Shown here in pieces: positions 49,801 to 61,800 of a stretch of DNA of 64,000 nt. Made by a program: the position numbers and the translations under genes. The notes beneath the pieces are model-generated. The model ran no database searches. It saw only the letters and a program-made list of their open reading frames with translations, and had not been told where the DNA came from. The stretch's first letter is position 1. Each line of letters opens with the position of its first letter. This DNA comes from Phallusia mammillata (Eukaryota): contig OZ281496.1 in assembly GCA_965637545.1 (NCBI GenBank), forward strand, positions 24,924,001 to 24,988,000, written 5' to 3'.

Positions 49801-52800
49801 ATCATGGGATATACTTTTCGCCTAACTAGCATATTCAGACTAATTTCGTTACTTGAAAAATACAATCCGTTCTTGCTTACAGTGGTCGTAGATGACCATG
49901 CTGTTTGTTGGAGGGTCTGAAAAAAGTAATATAACATGACAAAACCCACCTGGACTGTCGTTGGATTCGTGTTAATAAGTGCTTCAAGATAGGCGGTAGC
50001 GTTTTCCGCCAATGTTTGGTTGACCGGTGTTGACAGCAGTAATTTAAGTTCGGCCATCTGCGCTTGAACTTCTTGTGTGGTGGCATTAGTCGCAGGTACC
50101 TGCAAATGTATTTGGCCAACAACTTAAAGAACTAAGGTTGGCAATACGAAAATATGGATTGAGCTGCAGCCATCAAGTACAGAAGTTCTCAGGAACGGTT
50201 AAATGGTATCTTGTTTGGAGTTAACATAACGCAACTAAAGGATTAGATACTTGATACGGTGCTTGTGTTAGCTATGCAGATCATAGTAAAGTAGGGTAAA
50301 CAATTATAGCGTATCGCATACCTTGTTAAACAGTTGATTTAAAGAGGCATTGCAAACAACGACAGTTGTTGATTGGAATTTGGCAACACTGCTTGTTTGA
50401 CGAACGCATTGACTTGTTGCTATCGGTCGACCTGGTAAACAACAAAAACGTAAGGTATTGACCAGTTTTATATTGGAATACTATTGGTAATGGTGCATTA
50501 AATATCTGTGTCGTAAAATTTACCCCAAAAGCCCAGCAGTGAACGGCAATAGACAACGAAAGACAGATTTACCATCGATGTCACACAATGGCTATTAACA
50601 ACACTAAAATTTGTTTCAAAGTGACAGGAAAAAAAACGTTTAGACAAACAAGCTCCGACAAGGAATAACTGAACTAGTTTTGAATATTGAATTTGCGTAT
50701 GCATAATAACTTAATAAATGTTTTTAAGCAGACTATAATACTTCCTATCAAATTACAACATTTTTTGACAATATTTCGTTTTAGCTGAAAAATGTAGACA
50801 CACAAATGTTTTAAAGCAGACTATAATATTAACCATCAAATCAAAACAGTTTTTGATAATATTTCGCTTGTTTAAAAAGCTGAATATTTTAGTTCATTCA
50901 CTATACAATCCCGAATGATATATTTGAGATAAAAGAAGGAAACTAACCATCTTTGCAAGTTTCAGCTGATGTGGCGGATATCCCAACTTCGGTTTGAGCA
51001 AAATTGTATGTCGTTCCACCAACCAGAATAGCGGTCTTCGGGCAGTATATGGTTTCTGTACAAAGTAAGTTCTTCATATCCTGATTGAGCATTTGTTAAA
51101 CTGTTTCCAATAAACTTACTTATTACTGCAGAAGCGGTGACTGTTATGGCTGGTGTAGGTTTCAAGGAGCTTGTCGTTGCTAAACAATCACAATGGTATT
51201 TAAAAAAAACAAGAAATTTGAAATTTTGAAATATTTCGGAGCGTTATTGATTTTAAATGTTATTTTAAATGAATCAAGTAATTTAGGGAAAATTCAATTA
51301 GACATTTAGCGTAATTTGAAAGGTAACCAGGCTTTAAAAATGCAAAGCAATTTATATTGAGTCGTTATTTGACATATATTTCTAACACTAATAAAGATGC
51401 GCTGCATATATTTTTGTTTATCAGATACCACATTCAAATTCCATTCAAATTCCGTCGGATAAGTGGAATTGATAAGGAAGTACAAAATGACCTTGGAAAT
51501 GTTTCTAACGTGTTAGGAATAAGGAACATGATTCCTACTATATTTATGTAAAGTAAAACTATTTTTTATTGTAAATGTCTAACTGCAAAATCGTAATGTC
51601 GAATTCCAACGTATTCGTGCAAAAGCAGGCTGAAACTAAATTTGTCGATAGACGTAGATTTTACATACCCGATGTCAACGTAACCGGGGCAACCGTCGTC
51701 ACTAAGGGAGTAGTGGTCTCTGCAAGATATAAAGGTATATTTTTTTACAAAATGTACAATGAATGTCACCCACTTTAGGTACAGACAAAGTTATGCAAGA
51801 ATGTGCTAAAAAACGCCTACTTTGGGCAAGTTTTTTTCCCTCTGGGAGTACAAAGAATGTCTCCAAACCGAAAGCAAGAACTTAAACTAATTATACAAAG
51901 AAGCTATAATATTTCCACAGAGCTTTTAGAACAATACAGGCAACGTCACATATACTATATATGTTATATCACGAAAGTTATATACAGTAAACCACGGTTA
52001 AAACGGATTTAGATAATGCGGATCTTCGCCTAATTCGGACAAAACTTGAGGTACACATGATTTGTAATGTGGTGAGGCCTTAACGAATCAAAATTAACCG
52101 AGGTTTACTTTTTAATCTTCGAATCTACAGACAAGATATAACATGTTCCCAAAATATGTTTACGTGAAAGATGACAGTACTTTCCATTATGATGAAAGTT
52201 GACAGCACCATACGATATATGGCGATTTTCGTATTTTCCAGCCTAGGTCGGACCCCCCTTAGTATTATAAATCTCTCAACATTTGGTTAACCGGATACAG
52301 GACCTTAATTTCTTATATTGAATAATGGCCCAAAATGGCACATTGGTCTGAAATTTGATACTTAATTACTTCCTTAATCACTCACGGTTTACTAATTTCC
52401 AATCGATAGTCAGTGTGGAATTGTGTCCTGCTTTTTTATCCGTCCTTTCGATTCTAACAGTGAAGCAACAATCCGTGATGTTTGTAACGTTAATTTTGAA
52501 CGTTGCCGGTTTGCCACCACTCAAAGTCGCTGTAACGGTTTGGTTTCTGAACTTGATTGCCGTGTTGAATGGAATTGTCAAGGTTTGAACAGGAGTTGTG
52601 CTTCCAGTAACGTTTGTCAAACCCTTTTGTAGCACTAAAAAATTAATGTATGTATCAGTATGAACAGACATTGAAACACGCAAAATGCATTGATAAATAC
52701 GGTAAATTTTAACTTTCAACCAAAATCTTCCAGCTGATTGCTAGGTGGATGAAGACTGCAATGAACCTTATGCTTATTGATTGATTCAAATTTATTAATT

Positions 52801-55800
52801 CATTAAGTCATCCATCCTTATGAATTGATATAAATATATTTCGTCTATGCGGCATCTGCAGTGTCTTATTCCACTAAAATGCATTGATAAAAGTCGAAAA
52901 ATGTTTTTTTTACCAGTCGGGCTTGTTGCTGTCAGTGCCACTGGTGCAGGCTCTATAAAACATAAAAAACAAATACCTTTTATGGCCAAAACAAAACAAC
53001 TTAAATTCAAAAGTAAAAAAACGCATCTGGTTTGGTAAGTGGTCGGCTAAACCAAGTATTAAATTTGCTGAACTTTTCCATCAATAAAACATACTATTTT
53101 CTTAACGCAGTGGTTCCCAACTGGGAAGGAATTCCTCTCAAGAGAGAAAAAGAAGAAGAATTTACTTTCATATGTAAATGTGGTTTGTAAATTGACACTC
53201 TAGTTTTGGAAGTAAAACCTGTAAAGTTAATAAAATACCCAATTTTAAATAAACTTTGTATGGTTAAGCATCTCCTATGTAGTCTATTGGGGAGAAATCA
53301 ATAAATGTTTCGAATTGTTAAGTGAGGAATTCGTCTATCAAGGTTCGGAACCACTGTCTTAACCGTTTTGAGATGCACGATAGCCATGTTTTTAATCGCA
53401 AGTAATATGCGATTAACCGGAACAGTCCTAGCAAACTGTTTAAAGCCTCAAATCGAGTGACGGTTTGTCATACCTTGAAGTTCAAACTGGACAATAAAAG
53501 AAGCGTTCCACCCAGAAACTTTGTCAATTCTGTTAACAATGCTATCGAACGAAGTTGGTAATATTTTGTCAACATTAACTTGGAAAATGTGACCAGGCGG
53601 CTGTTTCCACGATAGTTTAACTGTTGCCTTGTTGCTGTGCGGTATGAGGGGCACTGCGACCTTTTGACTGGACTTCTTGTTGTCTTTTACCACAAACCAT
53701 CCGACTTGTTTCACTGTAATACGAAGTTTTTAGTCAGCACCATGGAAATTTCGAATCAAATATCCGTCTACTGGTCTGTAGTTGCAGTCTGCAGAGTTGC
53801 AATAGTCATGATGCTTATTAAAGCGAAATGCATTTGTTTTTGTAAAACAATAAAAATACAGCGACTGATTCGGTGTTTTCATTTCAAAATTTCCGGCCTT
53901 CATGAATTAATGACCCTGAATCGTCGCAGTCCTTTGCTTTTACTTGGGAGATTTCATTAATAAGAAAAGATTTACTACAAATCAAACAGTAATTTTAAGA
54001 ATATAATGGACCATATCGCAAAAACGTCATGTTTTTTAATACATGCTTCGGCACAAAATAGAACGTCTGTCATAATTTTGTTCATAAAGATAGTTTTTAT
54101 TTCAGGTCAAAAGAGTTTGTTTGAACTGCATATTTTGAACTATGTCCGGTTCCAATGGAAACATCATATCCTTTGGAAATAACGCTTACCTGTCGGCCCT
54201 TGTGGTGTTGTAGGGGTGGCAGAAATGCTGTTCAACTTGGAATCTAAAGCACAAGGTACATGAGTTTCACTTAACACCATTAAGTGGTATGACAGTATTA
54301 AAGTAGCATTAAAATGGCATAACAGTAATTATTTAATAGTTTCTCTTAAACCTGTTAACTTTCGTCAAACAGATTCATGTCTGGGATCAGCTCTGTGCGT
54401 TCATGTAGACAAGCGACCAAGGCACATTTATACTAGCCCTATTTCCGTCGTTATATCTAAGCAAGTCAGCTTGCCAGGCATTTTCACACGGTAGGAAAAA
54501 AAGGTAGAAAAATCTCGGTGGGATTCGAACCCCAGATAGGAGTCTAACGCCTTAGAATCCGTGCTCTTTAACCGGGTATGCTGTATACACAAGTGTATAT
54601 CGCATCAAACCTGGGATGCACGAAGGGAATGACCTGCTTGTTGTGAATATTATTGCGTCAGTAATGCGAAAGATGAAGTAATAGGCAAGCTGGAGTGTTG
54701 TACTTTGTAGCTTAGTTTACATCTCAAGTCGCCTACCGTTTATGGCACGCCATTGGAGGATTGGCGAGTCGCTCCATCCAGCAACCTGGTCCGTCCGTAC
54801 CACAGTAACATTAAAGCCAGTATCGGTGATAGCAGTAATCAACATGTCAAAGGTCTTTAGTGGGGCACCAACTAACTGTAACTTGATGCTTGCACTTGAG
54901 TTAAGGCAGTGTGGAAATTTGATTGATAGTGATTTGACGTTGCTTGCGCTAGGCCCAACATTGAACAGACCTCTTTGAAGGACTGCAAACATAAAAGTTT
55001 ACATTGTTTTGTAACACTTACTTTACCAGTCCATGCATTTAACAGGGCTTATATTACTATCAGTATTGTATTCCCTTGACAAATATTGTACCTATAGGTT
55101 TCAGCTTTAGACTTTGAAACGGGAATGGATTATTTTTAGAGCGTGTGATTAAAGACGATTTCTACACAAGCTCAGGCGTAACTTTAAATTTATGTTAAGC
55201 CTCGAGCTATAACTAACACATTTTCATTGACAGTAATAAAAGGTCAGTTTTGCGCAATTGTTTCAATTGGCTGCAACTAGTCCTACGTTAAATTTTATAA
55301 CTAGTAAAGTAAAGACTAGTAAAGATGTTATAGAGTCCATTAAAAAAAAAAGATATCTAGTAAAGATGTTATAGAGTCAATTCTTTCTATTTATGTTAGC
55401 CATACCAAACACATTTTTATTTACCAGTAAGTGAATGCAGGGTTACAGGAAAGGTTTGTTTCCAAAATTGCTACTCACTGCTGAACTACGTTTTTAATAT
55501 GGAGTTGTCCCGACAGAAATTCTAGTAAATTGGCTAGTTTTTGCAACAAAGAAACAAAGCAATAATACCCACCATCAGGGACTTTGGCCGAAGGAACAAC
55601 TGTTGTGGTCTTGTTGTTTAATGCAGCAGGGCCTGCGTATGTGTTAGCGTTAGTAACAAAAGTAACAAAATTAAGCAAAAATTGCGTAGCACAGAAAGAA
55701 CTGTTCAACACATAACAAAATTGTGGGTATTTTACAGATTGTAGAATTGTTTTTTAGCAATTTTACTACTCGTATATTTAGGGTTATCATCAGTCTGAAG

Positions 55801-58800
55801 GGATTTTGGTTTAGATTCAGAGAAAAAAACGAATACCAATTAATCACCATGATAAGCTGTTCAGGCATTGTAAAAAGAAGACTGACTTAGCAACAAAACG
55901 TACCAGGAAAGACTTCTACATGTAACGGGAAGGATTTCTTCCAGCCGGAGTTGGAGTCGGTTCTTGTAACCCTCACCGAGAGTGACGAATCACAGATTTT
56001 GGTTACTTCAGGAACAAAGGTATGATATGGAAGACAGGCTACAGAAATTCTTATTTCCACATTCTTGTTAAATGTTTTGCTTAACGGCAAATTCATTGTC
56101 AAAGACGGGTTTGGACTACTTGGGACTTCCATCCATTCCTGTTGCAAAACTGTAAAGCGAAATGTTTAAAGTAAATATTTGGTTTGCTGTTAGTTTAAAA
56201 CGTCCTTTTACCAATTCTTCCACTGGTAGCATTTATTGGCGTCTCAACTCTTTTGGTTTCTGAAAAAAAAATCAGCCATAATAAGCAGTGATTGTTGTGT
56301 TAAACCAGTGGTTCCCAACCTGTGGTACGCGAAGGTTTTTCAGGTGGTACGCGAGTAGTTTCCGTTTTTTTTTTCACAAAAAGTAGATGCGGCCGGAAAT
56401 GACTTTCGACGCGCTGTTAGCAAATTTACACCGCGCATCGACCAATTGGTGGACGGTAAACAAAAACAAAAATCTCAGTAAATTTAGTTACGGTGCTTTA
56501 GTGTTATTTTAGTAGGCCAATATTATTCTTCTGAATAAAACGTGATGCGACCAAATTAGTTGTTCTGCAAGAAGTGGTACGTGTGGCAGTACAAAACATC
56601 TAAATGGTACGAGATCGTAAAAAGGTTGGGAACCCCTGTGTTAAACGAACTAGCCAATGACGCCATTTAGAAAGGGGGAATAGTTTAGACTGAATTTCCA
56701 CTACCAAAAAAATAGACATATATAAATATCACAGACATTAAATGGGGCTTATATTAGTATACTGTAATATTTCGAAACAGCTGTTTATGCAAACGCACAT
56801 TGATTCCCATAGACAAGAATTCCATAGACAAAAACGGTTGAATTTTCCTATCACTCAGTTGTAAAGTGCCTTTACAAAGCCGTGTTACAGCAGAGGTCAA
56901 ATAATATGTCAATACTGCGCTCTCCAGCCAACTTTGGACCAAACTGTAGCCAAGATTTTTCAAACAGGGCATTTTTAAACGAGTTGGTAACGCCTACAAC
57001 AATTAGCATTGCCAAAATGTTTTGTCAATCAATTAGGTAATGGCTTATTCATTGACAAAACCTGCAATTAAAAGACAAATGCCATTGTTACTATAATTAC
57101 CAGGCAAGACTTTGAATTGCAATGGGAATGATTGGTTCCATCCTGATGGCAAATCAGTTCGTTTCACTTCCACAGTGAAATTGGAGTCACAAATTTGGGT
57201 GACTTTCAAAGTAAAGGTATGTTTGGGTAAACCAGGTGCAGTCACCATCACTTCAACACTCTTGTTCAAAGTTTTCTTGAGAGGAAAGGTAAATGATGCA
57301 GTTGGAGTAGAACTGCTCGGAATGGTCATTGAACCAGTCTGCAAAGCTGAAAAACAACAGAGAAGTAAAGAGTCGATCATATTTTTCACACAAATCTAGT
57401 GGCAAAGGGACTTACTTTGGGGCACACTTGGTGTAGTGGTAGTGATATTTTTGTTGGCAAGAGATTTGGGTTCTGAAACAAAACACAAATTTGAAATTTG
57501 ATTTTTAATGTTTCCAATATTAACTGTGCATGAGAGCGGTACTCTATCTGGGAACACGACACACAGCAAAATATTTCAATTTTAAGAACTCAATCTCATT
57601 ACCTGGATGGATTTCATAGTGCAATGGAAATGAATTGTTCCACCCTGATGGCAAATCAGTTCGTTTCACTTCCACAGTGAAATTGGAGTCACAAATTTTA
57701 GTGACTTTCAAAGTAAAGGTATGCTTGGGTAGACCAGGCGCAGTAACCATCACTTCAACACTCTTGTTCAAAGTTTTATTGAAAGGAAAGGTAAATGAGG
57801 CAGTTGGAGTAGAACTGCTCGGAATGGCCATTGAACCAGTCTGCAGAGCTGAAAAACAATAAAAAAATAAAGAGTCAGTCAGATTTTTCACACAAATGTA
57901 ATGGATTAAAGGCCTTACTTTGGGGCACACTTGGTGTGGTGGTGGTGATATTTTTGTTGGCAAGCGCTTTGGGTTCTGAAACAAAACACAAACTTGAAAT
58001 CTAATTTCCAATGTTTGCAATATTAATCATAATCAAAAGCATTACACTATTTGCCATGCAATGCAAACAACAATCTTCGAAATTTAACATCACAAACTCA
58101 TTACCTGGAAAAACTTCATAGTGCAATGGAAATGATTGGTTCCACCCTGATGGCAAATCAGTCCGTTTCACTTGTACAGTAAAATTGGAGTCACAAATTT
58201 TGGTGACTTTCAAAGTAAAGGTATGCTTGGGTAATCCAGGTGCAGTCACCATCACTTCAACACTCTTGTTCAAAATTGTCTTGAGCGGAAAGGTAAATGA
58301 TGCAGTTGGAGCAGAACTGCTCGGAATGGTCATTGAACCACTCTGCAAAGCTGAAAAACAACAAAGAAATGAAGAGTCAGCTATTTTTTGCACCAATCTA
58401 CTGGATAAAGGCCTTACTTTGGGATACACTTGGTGTAGTGGTAGCAACATTTTTGTTGGCAAGGGCTTTGGGTTCTGAAACAAAACACAAACTTGATAAT
58501 TGATTTTGAATGTTTACAATATAAATTGTGCATAAACAACGTAACACTATTTGGCAAGCAACACAAGAAACAATCATCGAATTTCAACATCACAAACTCA
58601 TTACCTGGAAAAACTTCATAGTGCAATGGAAATGATTGGTTCCACCCTGATGGCAAATCAGTTCGTATCACTTGCACAGTGAAATTGGAGTCACAAACTT
58701 TTATGACTTTCAAATTAAAGGTATGCTTGGGTAGACCAGGTGCTGTCACCATCACTTTAACGCTCTTGTCCAAAGTTGTATTGAAAGGAAAGGTAAATGA

Positions 58801-61800
58801 GGCAGTTGGAGTAGAACTGCTTGGAATGGTCATTGAACCAGTCTGCAAAGCTGAAAAACAAAAAATAAATAAAGAGTCAGTCAGATTTTTCGCACCAATC
58901 TACTGGACAAAGGGTCTTACTTTGGGGCACACTTGGTGTGGTGGTGGTAGTGATATTTTTGTTGACAAGCGCTTTGGGTTCTGAAACAAAACATAAACTT
59001 GAAATGTAATTTCCATTGTTCGCAATATTAATCATAATCAAAAGCATTACACTATTTGGCATGCAATGCAAACAACAATCTTCGAAATTCAACATCACAA
59101 ACTCATTACCTGGAAAAACTTCATAGTGCAATGGAAATGATTGGTTCCACCCTGATGGCAAATCAGTTCGTTTCACTTGCACAGTGAAATTGGAGTCACA
59201 AACTTCTATGACTTTCAAATTAAAGGTATGCTTTGGTAGACCAGGTGCAGTCACCATCACTTCAACGCTCTTGTCCAAAGTTGTATTGAAAGGAAAGGTA
59301 AATGAGGCAGTTGGAGTAGAACTGCTCGGAATGGTCATTGAACCAGTCTGCAAAGCTGAAAAACACAAAGAAATGAAGAGTCAGTCAGATTTTTCGCACC
59401 AATCTACTGGACAAAGGGCCTTACTTTGGGGCACACTTGGTGTGGTGGTGGTAGTGATATTTTTGTTGACAAGGGCTTTGGGTTCTGAAACAAAAGACAA
59501 ACTTCATGTTTGATGTTTCATGTTTGCAATAATAACTGTGCATAAAGAGCGTTACTCTTTTAGGAACACAACACAAGGAAAAATATTTAAATTTTAAGAA
59601 CACGATCTCATTACCTGGATAGATTTCATAGTGCAATGGAAATGATTGGTTCCACCCTGATGGCAAATCAGTTCGTTTCACTTGCACAGTGAAATTGGAG
59701 TCACAAACTTCTATGACTTTCAAATTAAAGGTATGCTTTGGTAGACCAGGTGCAGTCACCATCACTTCAACGCTCTTGTCCAAAGTTGTATTGAAAGGAA
59801 AGGTAAATGAGGCAGTTGGAGTAGAACTGCTCGGAATGGTCATTGAACCAGTCTGCAAAGCTGAAAAACACAAAGAAATGAAGAGTCAGTCAGATTTTTC
59901 GCACCAATCTACTGGACAAAGGGCCTTACTTTGGGGCACACTTGGTGTGGTGGTGGTAGTGATATTTTTGTTGACAAGGGCTTTGGGTTCTGAAACAAAA
60001 GACAAACTTCATGTTTGATGTTTCATGTTTGCAATAATAACTGTGCATAAAGAGCGTTACTCTTTTAGGAACACAACACAAGGAAAAATATTTAAATTTT
60101 AAGAACACGATCTCATTACCTGGATAGATTTCATAGTGCAATGGAAATGATTGGTTCCACCCTGATGGCGAATCAGTTCGTTTCACTTGCACAGTGAAAT
60201 TGGAGTCACAAACTTTTATGACTTTCAAATTAAAGGTATGCTTTGGTAGACCAGGTGCTGTCACCATCACTTTAACGCTCTTGTCCAAAGTTGTATTGAA
60301 AGGAAAGGTAAATGAGGCAGTTGGAGTAGAACTGCTTGGAATGGTCATTGAACCAGTCTGCAAAGCTGAAAAACAAAAAATAAATAAAGAGTCAGTCAGA
60401 TTTTTCGCACCAATCTACTGGACAAAGGGTCTTACTTTGGGGCACACTTGGTGTGGTGGTAGTGATATTTTTGGTGGCAAGCGCTTTGGGTTCTGAAACA
60501 AAACAGAAACTTGAAATGTAATTTCCATTGTTCGCAATATTAATCATAATCAAAAGCATTACACTATTTGGCATGCAATGCAAACAACAATCTTTGAAAT
60601 TCAACATCACAAACTCATTACCTGGAAAAACTTCATAGTGCAATGGAAATGATTGGTTCCACCCTGATGGCAAATCAGTTCGTTTCACTTGCACAGTGAA
60701 ATTGGAGTCACAAACTTCTATGACTTTCAAATTAAAGGTATGCTTTGGTAGACCAGGTGCAGTCACCATCACTTCAACGCTCTTGTCCAAAGTTGTATTG
60801 AAAGGAAAGGTAAATGAGGCAGTTGGAGTAGAACTGCTCGGAATGGTCATTGAACCAGTCTGCAAAGCTGAAAAACACAAAGAAATGAAGAGTCAGTCAG
60901 ATTTTTCGCACCAATCTACTGGACAAAGGGCCTTACTTTGGGGCACACTTGGTGTGGTGGTGGTAGTGATATTTTTGTTGACAAGGGCTTTGGGTTCTGA
61001 AACAAAAGACAAACTTCATGTTTGATGTTTCATGTTTGCAATAATAACTGTGCATAAAGAGCGTTACTCTTTTAGGAACACAACACAAGGAAAAATATTT
61101 AAATTTTAAGAACACGATCTCATTACCTGGATAGATTTCATAGTGCAATGGAAATGATTGGTTCCACCCTGATGGCGAATCAGTTCGTTTCACTTGCACA
61201 GTGAAATTGGAGTCACAAACTTTTATGACTTTCAAATTAAAGGTATGCTTGGGTAGACCAGGTGCTGTCACCATCACTTTAACGCTCTTGTCCAAAGTTG
61301 TATTAAAAGGAAAGGTAAATGAGGCAGTTGAAGTAGAACTGCTCGGAATGGTCATTGAACCAGTCTGCAAAGCTGAAAAACAACAAAGAAATGAAGAGTC
61401 AGTCAGATTTTTCGCACCAATCTACTGGACAAAGGGCCTTACTGTGGGGCACACTTGGTGTGGTGGTGGTGGTAGTGATATTTTTGTTGGCAACGGCTTT
61501 GGGTTCTGAAACAAAACACAAACTTCATGTTTGATGTTTCATGTTTGCAATAATAACTGTGCATAAAGAGTGTTACTCTTTTAGGAACACAACACAAGAA
61601 AAAATATTTAAATTTTAAGAACACAATCTCATTACCTGGAAAAACTTCATAGTGTAATGGAAATGATTGGTTCCACCCTGATGGCAAATCAGTTCGTTTC
61701 ACTTGCACAGTAAAATTGGAGTCACAAATTTTAGAAACTTTTAAAGTAAAGGTATGCCTGGGTAATCCAGGTGCTGTCACCATCACTTCAACACTCTTGT

